Shown: in pieces, positions 30,596 to 44,210 of the stretch
Numbering within the stretch: the first letter of the stretch is position 1
How the letters are laid out: each line of letters starts with the position of its first letter
Origin: Eledone cirrhosa
Taxonomy: Eukaryota
DNA: 64,000 nucleotides
Reading direction: 5' to 3'
Assembly: GCA_964016885.1 (NCBI GenBank)
Contig: OZ024743.1
Span: 299,832,001 to 299,896,000, forward strand
Position numbers and translations under genes: made by a program
Notes under the pieces: model-generated
Told to the model about the DNA's origin: nothing
What the model saw: only the letters and a program-made list of their open reading frames with translations
Databases searched by the model: none

Positions 30596-33500
30596 TGGTT
30601 TCTTTATTGGCCACACGGCTGACACGAAGAAAAACATTAGAGGCGGCACAGAACAGTACAGAACGATACAAAGTGAGTTTTGGTCGTGTAAACAGGTTAT
30701 AACAAAATCGGGCTAGAAATCCCCCCAAAAATCAAACTACAAAAATTCCCTAAGAAAGGGGAAACCTCCGAGGGTCACACGTGGTGAAATCCACACAAAA
30801 GACGAAGGCCACCCTAACCACCAGGGCAAGCGCCCTCTCTCACTTTTCCCACTCCTCAGTCTACAGGCATATACTCAGAGCGGGCTCGTTCACTCGGACC
30901 AGACTCACCACTTTCACCAACCTTTCAACAAACTTACTAGAAGACAGTTCTTGCCTCCCAACCCCGATTTTCCTCTTCAAGTGATACCTGAGAAAGTTAA
31001 TCAGGGATTGGCCGGAGAGGAAAGTGTCCGTCTTCAACCCTTTCAATCTTGTCCACCACACAATCTCTTTCGCCATGGCCACCAGGCAGATGAAAACCGC
31101 CTGCCCTTCCTCCTCTTTAAAGGAGGATGGCGGGGCTATCTGCACAATGGACTCAGTCGATAACCGGATCCGTCCTACACGCGACAACAGCTGTTCGACA
31201 TAGCTCCACAAGTCAGCAATCCTCGGTCCCTGAACGAGTTCGTGCAGAACGGTTGGTCGCCCTGCGCGCATCTCGGACAGGCTAGGCTGACAGCACCTCC
31301 TGGCCTGTAGAGCTTATCCCGAACCGGCAACTCTCCCCGGTAGCACTGCCAGGCCAGGGATTTCTGGAAGATGTCCAGAGGCCCCGGTTTGAAAGTTCTC
31401 TTGAAGAGAGCGAACAGCTGATCGTTTTCGACGCCCAGGATCTCTCCCAGAACGTCGTCCTCTATAGAACGCCAAGGTGGATGTTCCACCGATACTGGTG
31501 CCTAGCTGGCAGAGGGCGGTAGGAACCTGGAGACATTCCAGTTTCTAAGCACTATTTCTCGGTCTTTTCCTGACCCAGGTCTGCAGCTCCGTCAAGGAGA
31601 CGAGCTGTGGAAAAATGTGCCTGGCGAACGGCGACCACACCTGTTCACCGTCAAAGAAGAACCAGAGATGTCGCAGCCTCAGCGCATGTTTGCACATCAT
31701 CAGCCATGCCATGCCCAGTCCTCCACACAACGGGTGTTGACAGCAGATGGATCGTCTGACGTTTGGAGCGCGTCGCTTCCACAAAAAGCGGAAGAGGAGG
31801 CGCTCAATTTTGGTGAGAGTTGGGCCGGGGCAAGGGACCACGGTGAGGCGGTAGCAGATGACAGATGCGATGTACGCATTCGACACCTCCGCCCGGCCTT
31901 TCAGGGACAGCATCCTCTCGGCCTATTTCTGGGTAGGGAGGCCTCACTGCTCGTCACCTCGCTCCAGTTTTTCTCTGGAGGTCCGGTCCGAACCAGACCT
32001 CGAGCAATTTAATTAGTCCGTTGGTCCAACGCTCCACGACGCTGTCGGACGGCATGGACTTGCCTCTCCTGGTGCCGAAGTGCAAGCCCACCGACGTTTC
32101 CTGGTTTATCTTTGCTCCCGTCACCGCTTCCCATTCCTTGAGAGGGATGCCGAGCATCTGGGCGTGTCTGGCTCTCGACACCAGCAGGGTGACGTCGTCG
32201 GCGTAAGCCGACTCGGAGTTCCCGCATCCTAGAGTGGGACACTCCTCATCGCCCCCAGGTTGTTCAGTAACGGCTCAAGAGTCAATACGTACAAGAGAGA
32301 CGAGAAGGGACAACCCTGGCGGACCAACCGCATGATGATGAACGCCTGCGACAGGTGACCGTTCACCCTCACAACTGAGCAGATGTCGCTGTACATCGCA
32401 GTGATCCAACACTTGAAAACGGGCCAGAAACCGGCTGCCTGGGGTACCGCCGCCAGGTACCGATGGTTGACCCTATCGAAGGCTTTGGATTGATCCAAGT
32501 TGATCAGGGCCCCACCCGTGCCAGGTTTCTTAACCACCCTCTCTACGATGTATCGCATGAGGTGGAGGTTGTCGTGTATGGATCTGTCCAGAATGGCGCA
32601 TGTCTGCGGCTCTCCCACCAGACACTCGACGACAAGCGCCAACCCTCTTGTTAACACCTTGGTCAAAACTTTGAACTCTGCGCTTAGCAGAGGTATGGGC
32701 CAGAAATTATCGATAACATCCCCCTTGTTCGGGTCTTTTCTCAGCAACGCCACCGCTCCCCGGCTCACAAAACTGGGATTGCTCCCATTCTGCTGCTAGT
32801 TGCAGTAGACGTCTGCCAAGAGGTCACCGAACAAGTCTGGCATAAATGCATCAAACTCATGAGGCAGACCATCCAAACCTGGCGATTTACCCTTCGTGCA
32901 GTTAGCCATCGCTTCCCGTATATCACCGGCTGTTATTGGCTTTTCGTAACACGGTGCTGCGGTCGCCGAGAGCCGAGGCAGTCCGTCGAGTATGCACTGA
33001 AGTCCATACCCCGATCCGACCCGCCGCTACTCCCGAACAGATCAGCAAAGTGCTGCTGAAAAGCCCTACACAACTGCTCGTGTTCGAGCAACACGCGCCC
33101 GTTTTGGTCAGGCATAGACCGAATTGTGGCTTTGTTACCACGTCGCGCCTCTGCCACCCGCGCCCATTGAAAGGCTTTTGTCCCCTCGTTTTCAGAGCAC
33201 ATACTCTAGCTCTGTCAACGTAGCCTTCGTGTTTTGCGTTGAAGAATTGGTCGAGTGCCAATCTCGCCACAAGCACGTCGGTTGCGATGCCTGACGTAAA
33301 CGCCTCTTCTACCTTTCTAACTAGCCCTCCCTCTACTCTATTTCCTCTATCACTAGTCCTTAAACCTAATCGACTATACTTTAATTTCCCTTTTCAGGGC
33401 GAACCACCACCTCTGGTTGACGACCGCTCCCGTCAATGCCCGCTTAACTAATACGCTAATCCGGTTTCTGTAAGTTCTGCGCGCCGGGAATGACACGTTC

Positions 33501-36335
33501 AGCTTCCAGTAACCGGGTCCTTGTCTATGAAGTCTATTTCAATCTCACAGATCACAAATTTGTAGTCTGTGTAGTTGACTATTTTAAATTGTGGACAACT
33601 TATACTAGCCTTATCTAGTTCACTGCAGAATACCCTATCGAGATACGATCTGGATGACCCGATGCGGTTTGTCCATGTCCACATTGGCACATTCGGGTGA
33701 TCCAGTCGATACCTGTCAGACAGTTCAAAACGTCTGAGCAGGTTGGTAAGGCTCTTGCACCCTACTCCTCTATCCACTAGCCCCACACAATCCCAGCGTG
33801 CATCCAAGATACCGTTCCAGTCGCCCACTAACTCTAAAGAGCGGGACGTTCCAAGAAAGGTCTCTAGATGTCTGAATAAATCTGGCCGTCCTTCCCCAGT
33901 TGGGGTGTAGACGGCTACTAGCCTGAAAGCATTGCCTTCACTGCCGGTCACGTTCAGCACCACCGACTTACCTTCTGTGTCCAGGAAGATGGCTCGTATG
34001 GCGAGATCCAAGCCTCTCCGAAAAAGGACGGCAACCCCTCTCCCTATCCTGGACGGCTGGGAGATGCGTATACATCGTAGCAGCCGAAGATCGGTACGAA
34101 GGCTCCTGCTTCGGAGATTCTGGTTTCGCTGATGGCCACCACATCTATGTTTAGTGACCTGAGGTCGTTGAGCAGGTGATCCTGCTTCCAGATGACCCCA
34201 GGCCACGTGCAATGATACTGCCTATTCTAAGTACGGCCATGTTGGATGTGAAACGGGGCAAATGAGAAAGGGTCACTTACCTAGATCGTGCGGTGAAGGG
34301 ACAATAAAACCGTCCCTTTGGCTGGTCATGGATGTTTCCAAGAGGATGTCAGTGTACATCCTCTTAGTAACTGACCCACTGAAGTCTGCAACTGCGTTGG
34401 GGAATGTTTGTTTTAAAAGTTTGTACTCTTCTATTTTGATATCAATGATGCTTATGTTTGTCGGGAGAGTTCTTGGTGCTGGTGGGGTGTAGTAGTTTTT
34501 TCTGTGATGTCTGTGTGCTGCTTTATATGCTGTATCAGTTCTTTTTTTGCTATGTTTATGGCTCTGTACTTTTTGGGGGAGGGGTGATTTTGTTGCTGTT
34601 TTTTTCTTGTTGCTGTTGGGTGTGTGTGTTTTGTTGTATTTGCGTTGTTGGTGTTTTTGGTGTGATGCTGGTGCGGTATGGTTGTTGTTGGCGGTAGTGC
34701 TTTTGGTGGTGGTGGTGATGGTGGTGGTGTTGCTGTAAGTTTCGTTGCAGCCTTTACCCCTCTTTGTGTGCCTTCGCCTTTGGAAGGTGAAGCTAAGGGT
34801 CTTTTTCTTTTTCATTTTTTGTAGCAGACCGTTTGCCACTTCACTCCTGCCCAAGACTTCATGTCGGACTCCGTGGCGTCTGGGAGGGGTATGTGCTCCA
34901 CGGCTGTTGATGGTGGTAGTGGGGCGCTCTCCGGCGATTTTGTTCCTGTTGCAGCTACTGCAAATGTAGCTTCTGGTGTTGCTGCCACTGATGCTGCTGC
35001 TTTAGTTGTCCGTGGCCTTGGTACGGGTGCCACGGTCGTTGCCCTCCTACTCACCGTGGAAGGGGCTTCTGCGTTTGTTGTCTGCCCTGCTCTTGGTAGC
35101 AGCAGACCAAGTACTGGAAGGAGAGGCGCCTTCTTCTTCGCTGTTTTCTGCGGGCAAAAGGCTCTGAGGTAACCCTTTGACCCACAGAGATAACATTTTG
35201 GCCATCTTCCTTCCACGCTTATAGGGAGTTGGAGTCCTTCCTCGAGGTCTATGATATCTGGGATAGCGTCGATACACTCCTGGTCAGTTTCTATAAGCAT
35301 TTCAATGCCTATACCTTACCAGTTCTCTCTCCCTATTTTCTCTACTTGCAGCATGGTCGTCTTGTCCTCGATTCCGTCAAGGGAATATGCGGCCAGCCAA
35401 GGTATGGGCACGTCCGGTGGGAGCTAAGTCATTTTGACCCTCAGAATTTTCTGCCCGCAGTAGGAAGACCCCAAGACTATGTCCTCACTCTTTATGGTTT
35501 CCAAAGAGTGAGACCTCCCTTCTTGGGGGGGGGGGGGTACGTCTACTGTGGGCTACTTTCTGCCTCGGGTGATGTGGGTTTTGCGTGCCCAGACGCACCG
35601 CAAGGCTTTTGGGATTTGAGCCTCCGAGCCTCCGTGGCTCTCTCCACCCGATGCTTACGGTGCGGTATGTTACCGTCCGTGGTTGCTGCTCCTTGAAAAA
35701 CTCGGGTGGAGGTTTCAGGGAAACTCTATTGGCGTTTCTTATCACCATGGCCCTTGCGACTGCCATCTCCCCCTCTGTGACTTACACTGTTTCGATATTT
35801 CGGGCGATACCTGCAAAAGAAGTGGTCCCTTTTTCAGCGGCTCCACCATTGCTGACGCTACTGGTCTTGTTGTTGGTATTGAGATCGTTGATACAGGTAT
35901 CGATGTCATTGTTGATGTTTTCGGTGGTAGTGTTGTTGCTGTTGTTGTTGTTGTTTTCGTTGATACTGTTGCTGTTGTTACTGGTATTATGGCTGTTGTT
36001 CATTATTGTTGTTTTTGTTGATACTGTTCCTACTATTATTGATGTTGTGGCTGTTGTTTATTGTCATTGTTATTGTCGTTCTCGACCTTACCGCTGTTAT
36101 TTTTGTTGTTGTTGTTGTTATTGATGGTGTTGTTGGTATTATTGTTGGTGTTGTTTGTGTTAGAAATATTTGGTAATTTTAAATCAGTAACAATATCATT
36201 AACATGATATTGTTTCTCTTTTCCTTCGTAACATTTTCTTTTATATTTACCTTCGCAGGAACGCTGTCTTGTTGATATGTTGACAAAGTCACCCTCTCTC
36301 TCTGTTGTCTGACAGCTCTCTCTCTCATTCATGTG
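30596..36335 (-). mobile_element. Tx1-like (L1 clade) non-LTR retrotransposon, near full length, frameshifted
   Basis: ORF1 remnants (36332-34270) include PKCYLCGSKGYLRAFCP (gag knuckle). ORF2 starts at 34240 (MAVLRIGSIIARGL). It has APE motifs GVAVLF, LVGDWN, WTWTN, SRSYLDRVF; RT motifs LDQSKAFDRVNH, VRQGCP.S.LLYVL, AYADD; and a C-terminal CPRC. The 3' end is aataaagaaacc(att)n. Confidence 0.93.
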
Positions 36336-36584
36336 TTAGCCATGTTGAAAGAAATTGTTTTTTCAAATAATATGTTTACACAATACGACACGCCGTAAAG
36401 GGGTGCCGTATTATTTACGAGTGAACCACTGTATTAGGTGGGTCACTTCTTCTAAACATTTATCAAGTTTAACATTTGAATAAAAGGTTTAGAACGGTTG
36501 AAAACGAGGTAAACTGTTGAAAGAAAACTGGTGGCGATAAGAAGCGTGGCTTCACCTTCAATAATAATAATAATAATAATAATC

Positions 36585-36672
36585 TGAACATCTGAGGCTG
36601 CAGGTAGTGGCTTGATGTTCATTTCAACAAACTTTCCAGTTAAATAACATCAATGACTGAGACTCAAAGAAC
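36585..36672 (+). mobile_element. Short 3'-end fragment of the Dong/R4-type element
   Basis: ctgaacatctgaggctgcaggtagtggcttgat...actgagactcaaagaac matches the 3' ends at 38816-38896 and 58591-58679. It sits between (TAA)n and a SINE tail. Confidence 0.85.
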
Positions 36673-36814
36673 AATAATTATGTTTACTTTTGGCACAAGG
36701 CCATCAATTACCCAGTACATTACTGGTACTTTATTTTATCGACCCTGTAAGGATGAAAGGCAAAGTTAACCTCGGCGGGATTTGAACTCTGAATGGCAAG
36801 GGCCGTAACTCTAT
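36673..36814 (-). mobile_element. SINE 3' portion (duplicated at 38897-39038)
   Basis: Reverse-complement SINE consensus, truncated by the Dong-type element. Confidence 0.85.
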
Positions 36815-38896
36815 AAGGGGCAGGCCAAAAAACTAACCAACTGGAAATCACCAGGCCCAGATGGTGTGCAGGGGTATTGGATTAAAAATATAACATCCCT
36901 CCACCCGAAACGGACAACCATGTTCAATGACTGCTTGATGTCAGGTGAGATACCAGAGTGGTTGACAAAAGGTACCACAGTTCTGGTAATGAAAGACCGA
37001 ACCAAGGGTAATGATGTTACCAACTATAGACCTATCACATGTCTGTCCGTAATGTGGGAACTGTTAACAAACATTGTGTCTGGGGAAATCTACCATCACC
37101 TCCACATAAACAACTTGTTACAGGACGAACAGAAAGGATGCCGAAAGAAGTCCCGTGGTACAAAGGACCAGTTACTTATTGATATAGATGGTAATGAGGA
37201 ATTGCAGGAGGAGACACACTGATCTTGCCATGGGATGGATAGACTACAAAAAGGCATTCGTGAAGATCAAGAGAGGTAACTTCCAGGTAGATAGTCTGTC
37301 CCCTCTGTTGTTTGTCCTTGCCCTGATGCCCCTGAGCAGTATACTGCGAAAAGTGAGAAGGGATACAAGTTGGGAAAGGGAGGGCTTACCATCAATCACC
37401 TCCTCTTCATGGACGAACTTAAGCTCTTCGGGAAGAGTGAGAAGGAGTTGAATGTGCTTGTTGACACTGTCCGTATTTTCAGCAATGATATATGTATGCA
37501 ATTTGGTATTAGTAAGTGTGGAGTCCTTGTGATGAAGATGGGTAAATTAAGCAGAAGCAACGGATTCCAGGTACCAACAGGTGAGATGATAAAGGAAATT
37601 GATATTGAAGAAGGATACAAATATTTAGGTGTTCTGGAGGCTGATGACATCAAGAACAAACAAATGAAGGAATTGATAAGATCTGAATATATTCGGACAG
37701 TAAGGAGCGTATTAAAATCACATCTGAACAGTAGGAATGCCATAAGTGCAGTAAATTCCCGAGCTGTGACTATTATTAGGTACAGTGCGGGAATTCTGAG
37801 ATAGAATGTTGTTGAACAAAAAGAAATGGATAGGAAGACTAGGAAGCAATTGACTATCTACAACATGTTCCACAAGAGGAGTGATGTCGATAGTATCTAC
37901 TTAAGGAGATCTGAAGGTGGAAGAGGTCTTATCAGCATAGTGGACTGTGTTCAGATGGAGAAAAACAACCTACACAAATACGGGACTGATAGTAGGGAGC
38001 CAATGCTCAGAATTGTACTGAAGGAGTGGACAATAGACCAGGGGATGTCCAAGGAGAAAGAGCAACCTTCATGAAATATCCCTTCATAGTACCTTCTCTG
38101 AGAAAACTGAATTTAGAGATCCACAGACATGGAACTGGTTGAAAAGAGAAGACCTTAAAAAGGCTAAAGAAGGAATGTTAATGGCTGCGCAAGAGCAGGC
38201 CCTCAAAGTGAAGTTGCTGAAACACCATATTTACAAGGAATAGGTTAGCCTACAGTGTAGGATCTGTGGAGTATAGAGAGGAGACTGTGGCTCACATTGT
38301 ATCCGAGTGTAAACACCTAGCCCAGACTCACGATAAGGGCTGGAGACATGATGTGATGGGCAGGGTGATCCACTGGCACCTATGCAGAGTAAACAATTTA
38401 CCACATTCTGAGAAGTGGTATGAGCATAAGCCAGAGTCGGTGATAGAAAACGATCAGGTGAAGGTGCTGTGGGATTTTAGGATACAGACGGACAAGAAAC
38501 TGGAACACAATAGACCTGACCTGGTGGTTTTGGACAAGGGGAAAAGATCGTGCTTCATTGTGGATGTGGCCTGCCCATTCGACACGAGAGGGCAAGAGAA
38601 GGAGAGGGAGAACATTAACCGAAACCAGGCCTTAAAGTGGGAGGTAAAAAGGATTTGGAACTGCCATGAGGTCAAAATGGTCTCGATTGTCATAGGCGCA
38701 CTAGGTACCATCTCAAAGAGTTTCCAAGGATGGTTAAATAAAATTGGTCCCGCCCCGCTTTTTAGAACACTTTAAAGGGCATGCTTGCTGGGAACAGCAA
38801 GAACCCTCGATACGTCCTGAATATCTGAGGCTGCAGGTAGTGCCTTGATATTCATTTCAACAAACTTTCCAGTTAAATGCCTGAGACTCAAAGAAC
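36815..38896 (+). mobile_element. R4/Dong-clade non-LTR retrotransposon (RT + CCHC + RLE), 5'-truncated, decayed
   Basis: WKSPGPDGVQGYWIK, NYRPITCL, EQKGCRKKSRGTKDQLLID, WIDYKKAF joined directly to QVDSLSPLLF (internal deletion), NHLLFMDELKL, YKYLG, EGGRGL, ETVAHIVSEC...RHD, WDFRIQTDKKLEHNRPDLVV...VDVACPFD, IGALG. Confidence 0.93.
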
Positions 38897-39091
38897 AATA
38901 ATTGTTTTTACTTTTGACACAAGGCGAGCAATTAGTCAGTACATTACTGGTACTTTATTTTATCGACCCTGTAAAGATGAAAGGCAAAGTTAATCTCAGC
39001 GGGATTTTAACTCTGAATGGCAAGGGCCATAACTCTATGCGTCAAGCCTAGGCGTCCGCCACTCTAACGATACTGCCAATCCTACCGCCCT
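38897..39091 (-). mobile_element. SINE (octopus-type), full length
   Basis: Reverse-complement consensus through to the head ...gatactgccaatcctaccgccc. Confidence 0.9.
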
Positions 39092-40589
39092 AAGAAGAAG
39101 AAGAAGAAGAAGAGGAGGATGTGGAATGGGTGACCGATTTCGTTTATTCACGATAGGGGCGCAGGATAAAAGAAATTTTGTTTTACATTCAAAAAAAAAA
39201 AAAGAAAAAAAGAAACGGAGGTAATGTGTACAGTAGAAGGATGATGATGATGATGATGATGAAGATGATAACAGTAATAATAATAATATCAATAATAAGC
39301 ATTGCTATCATCATTATTAACATGATCAATGTTGTCATACTCTCCATTATCTTCTCCACCATCACCTCCATCATAATTGCCATAAATATTATATATTTTA
39401 ACATACCATACAATCATTACAATATTATTTACGAAGGTACATTTTTGTGCATTCTCTTTTATATTTGTCAGTTTATTATTGGTCACATATTTCATATTTG
39501 GCTGCAGAATAATTGTGTTGGCTTTAAACCAAGCGTGAGATCAATATATATATATATATATATAATTGTTAGTGTGCATGTATATGCGTTTGTGTCTTCG
39601 AGTTTGTGTGTGCGCAGACACACACAAACACATGTATATATATACAGAGAGAGAGAGGGGGGGAGAAAGAGTGAGCTAAAGAGTAGTGAAGGGGAGAGAG
39701 AAAAGCGGAGAGAAGGAGGGATAGAGTTTTAGTGAAAAACATATATGGGAGTCACGAAACCATTCCAATTCCGTCATCATGCTTGTTGTGGCTATCGTTC
39801 TATTGGCTACAATATATCTCTTCCCGGCTACTATTCACTTTCTTTAATCCTGCTCTTCAGAAAATCATACACGTCACTCAGCGGCTCGTCACAGGATGCA
39901 TAAATGAAGAATCTCGGAATATATTTGAAAATAACAGAACTAGCAGCATTGTTGTCTTCACCATCATCGCTATATAGCTCCTTAATGAAACCTGGTTCAG
40001 AATGACATTTATGACTTGGTTGCAAAGACAATTGCATGGAATTGGCTACGAATGATATAGAGCTAATGGTTTGAATGGCATTAACAGATGAAATTAAGCA
40101 TATATAGTTATATATATGAGGGAATATTTTCCTCCTCCTCCTCCTTGTTGTTGTTGTTATTGGCATATTGTAGTTTATTGTGCACAATTGCGAGTTCCTC
40201 TTCCACTTCTTGGTATGTTACGTGTTTCAGATTTCCTCACTCTGTTATTCGGCTAAAAATGAACATTACATATTAATTTCATTGGTTACCTTAGGTAATC
40301 GTGATTCGATACCTAGTACAGGAGATATATAGATCAGCTCTAAGGAAGATAACTCCTGATTTGCATACGTATTGATCTTAGTTTCTTAATGAAGGACACT
40401 TCGCTTATCGACAGGGATATTTTTCTCGTCTGCAATTAAAATGTACACGTTACAGAGATATACTTAACATTTTGCCCCTACAAATGCTTCCATTGATTGT
40501 ATTATGTTATAAAATTGTTATAAAATGTTACAACACTATCTACATATCTACCTATCTATACACACACATACACATGTATATATATATAT

Positions 40590-40650
40590 GTCTGTCTGTC
40601 TGCGTATATATCTATCTATCTATCTTTCTATTTATCTATCTTTCTATCTT

Positions 40651-40717
<67 letters not shown>

Positions 40718-40745
40718 GTCTGTCTGTCTGTCTGTCTATCTATCA
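40590..40745. repeat. (TCTA)n/(TCTG)n microsatellite
   Basis: Directly visible tetranucleotide array. Confidence 0.95.
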
Positions 40746-41025
40746 CGTTTTTATTGTATGTAAACTCCCCCCCCCTTTGTAATTGTCCTCTTCTTTTGTG
40801 CCCCTGTGGCTAACAAAGAAACATATCTACCTATCAATCTATCTATCTACCTCAATATATATCATTAGAGAATTCACAAAACTGATCAGCTATCGATTCC
40901 AGAATGAAGCCCGATCAATACTATTGTGCCATGGAACTGATCGATCGTGAAACGTACGTCACATGTGAATAAACATAAACGTGAAATATTGATCCTTTGT
41001 TGCTGCTCCTTATTATTATTATTTT

Positions 41026-41450
41026 GGTGGATCGGCAATATCGGTAGAGCGACGGACAACATGCTTGGCGGCATAGAGTTACAGCTCTTTACGTTCTCTG
41101 TTCAAATCCCACCGAGCATAGCTCTGCTTTTTATCCTTACAGGGTCGATAAAATAAAGTAGCAGTAAGCACTGGTGTCGATTTAATCGACTTTACCCTCC
41201 CCCAAATTGCTGGCCTTGTGCCTATATAATAAATCATTACTATTCATATATATATATAAACGTGAATTGGCCGTATCGGTAGAGGGTCGGACGCCATTAT
41301 TTGACGCATAGAGTTACGGCTCTTTCCATTCTGAGTTCAAATCCCGCCAAGGTTAACTTTGCTTTTCATCCTTACGGGGTCGATAAAATAAAGTACCAGT
41401 AATGCACTGGGTATTTGCTGGCCTTGTGCCAAAAGTAGAAACAATTATTA
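41026..41450 (+). mobile_element. Two tandem SINE copies; the first (41026-41240) is a longer subfamily with an extra gtcgatttaatcgactttaccctcccccaa segment
   Basis: Both match the consensus. The extra segment is absent from the other copies in this window. Confidence 0.85.
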
Positions 41451-42539
41451 ATATATATAAATATACATATTTTTCTTTCTATCTGTCGATTATCTATCTA
41501 TCTAACTTATCTCCCTCTCTATATTACTTTCGATGTATAAACGTATATACACAAACACATCTCTCTCTCTCTCCCTATATATATATGTATGTATGTGTGT
41601 ATGTATGCATGCATGTATGTATGTGTGCATGTATGTATGTATGAATATGTATGTGTGTATGTATGCATGTATGCATGTATGTGTGTATGTATGTATGAAT
41701 GTATGTATGTGTGAATGCATGTATGCATGTGTGTATGTATGTGTGAATGTATGTATGTATGCATGAATGTATGTATGTATATTAAGCAGCTTTTCTTTTA
41801 ATTAAGTAGTGAAGTCACGATTGTATTTTATTGTTGCTTTTTTCATCAAGTCATGTTGCTCTGTTGTAAACGACTGCTTCGATTCTGTATGGCATCTCAC
41901 TCTCGTTCCCTATTTTCTGGTATTATCAGATGAAAGCCTAGTAATGCTTCTGTCAAATACAAAATATTGAGAATTGAATCTATTCTGAAATCTTGTTATA
42001 TAAATATCTTCTACCAATTAGCAGGAAAAACCTCGGCTTTACTGAAGGCAACCGTCAATTATTGATTTGTTCTGTCAAGTGTTATAGTAAATATCAAATT
42101 ATGTCTCGATACCTCATCTCTTGTTCAGATTTAATTTCAAATGTCAATAGTTGGTTTCGGTTAAGATTCAGCAATGTTGAAGTATTTCAAATACACATGT
42201 GCGTATGGTTTATTTAGCAGCATATCGACTCAGCACTAGAATTGTTTGAAATATGGAAATGTTAAATGCGAGCATCCCAAACACACAGAATCAATGGAAT
42301 AATAGTCGATCACTACAAATAATAGTTAGGAGAATTCAGTAAGTTTCTCTTAGACACAAAAGAAAGTGAACAAAAACACTTCTGTCTAAATTTGCCCCTC
42401 ACTAAGTGTAATTTACATGTTTTTTTCAACTATTATGTGCGTTTGATACGCAATCAGATTATTTATTTTATATTATATACTCACACATTCATACATAAAC
42501 ACGCACACACACACACATACCCCCCCCCCACACACACAT

Positions 42540-42575
<36 letters not shown>

Positions 42576-42986
42576 CATATAAATCTGAAATGGTCAGCCA
42601 TCGGCGGGTATGTGTGATGACGTAACTCAATAAATAATAAATATTTATGCTGGAACATAACACAAATTTGATGATTTAGAATACACTTTTCATAGATATA
42701 ACTACCTGTTTATTTAATTAGAAGCTTTCATTCTGTTCCATCGAATGCAATTTTCGGATATATAATAAAATATTTACATAGATTAACGGAAATTACGATA
42801 AAATACTAGACGTTCGTATATATGAAACTACAGTAATGAAATATATGTTCATTTTTATTATGTATATATATATATACTATTTTCACATTGTTTGTTACAA
42901 GCCATAATATTATACATAAATGTGCGTGCTCTCTATCTTTCTCCCACAATCACAGTCATACTGACACACACGCATGCCCATCCCCC

Positions 42987-43061
<75 letters not shown>

Positions 43062-43135
43062 AACCAGTAAGACCCCGACAGCTGAGCTCAAGCCGTTTCG
43101 AAGGCTAATTCTGGTTCCTTACCACATTTCCTTCG

Positions 43136-43262
<127 letters not shown>

Positions 43263-43727
43263 TATAGTTGATTGAACAAGTGATATATGCCACTTTCAAT
43301 ATAGAGGTAAAATATATTATTCATAATGTCATAAGCGGATACACATGAAGTGCATTTTTACTGAAATGTATATATATAATGCATCACATCAACATAATCT
43401 AACATCGCCAAGCTGCACTTGAATGTTCATGAAAATGATGCGAAATCTGCCAACAGAAAAAGGGTAGAATTAATTCGAGTAATTGGAAACGAAAAAGATA
43501 CAGAGGGTAGACAAGTGTCAGCTACAAGGTCTCAACAAAAGGACGTTAACAATTAAGTACTCCCTTGATAAACCGACTGGTAGATGACTACTTATTTGAT
43601 TAATAATAAAAACAAAGTAAAACTCGACAGGTGAATGCATTTATTTGGCAGCATATTCCCACCACAGTACAATAATGTTTTAACATGATTTCAGTTCAAG
43701 AATCTTACAAAACAAATACAAAGACGA

Positions 43728-43778
<51 letters not shown>

Positions 43779-43832
43779 AATAACAGGGGGCTGGACTGGT
43801 GTAATTCCTTAAAGGTTTATTATACTATGAAC

Positions 43833-43886
43833 ATTTCAATGACCGGGTTCAGTATGAATCCGGTGACATCATCAGGTATTCGAAAT
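43833..43886 (-). ncRNA. Hammerhead-like motif (variant GAAC) in a PLE-type terminal remnant
   Basis: atttcgaatac-CTGATGA-tgtcaccggattcatact-GAAC-ccgg-TC-attgaaat followed by aataaacc. Stem I is plausible and stem II is weak. The motif is adjacent to (TA)n. Confidence 0.55.
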
Positions 43887-44067
43887 TTAACAAACGAATA
43901 TAATCCATGGGACTGAAAAGGCAGGGTGACAAGAAGGCGGGCACATATTTAGCAGTTTCTAATTAGGTCGGCCGTCCTCAAATGTCTATATATATACATA
44001 TTGAACTTGAAGCTATGCATCTTATGGAGCTATATTCCTCCACCAGAGCATCCTCATCTCGGTTCCT

Positions 44068-44210
44068 TGTATGCTCACAAACCAGAAGGTGTTATAGAAA
44101 ATGACCACGTCAATATTTGTTTGACTTTATTTTTTGATGTGTTCCTGAAATGGAACATCGCAATCCAGATATTATAGTGATCAACAAAGTTACCAAACAA
44201 TGTTTGATTC
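44068..44210 (+). pseudogene. Decayed RLE-domain fragment of a Dong/R4-type element
   Basis: YAHKPEGVIENDHVNI... and HRNPDIIVINKVTKQCLI parallel WYEHKPESVIENDQVKV / HNRPDLVVLDK in ORF 38266..38775. Confidence 0.6.

Noticed and set aside
39831-40187. 118-aa minus-strand ORF with non-repetitive composition
   Set aside because: No recognisable domain or splice signals; it needs a database search.
42000-42190. Minus-strand LLNLNRNQLLTFEIKSEQEMRYRDII (LRR-like or PLE RT thumb-like)
   Set aside because: Short, stop-interrupted and ambiguous.
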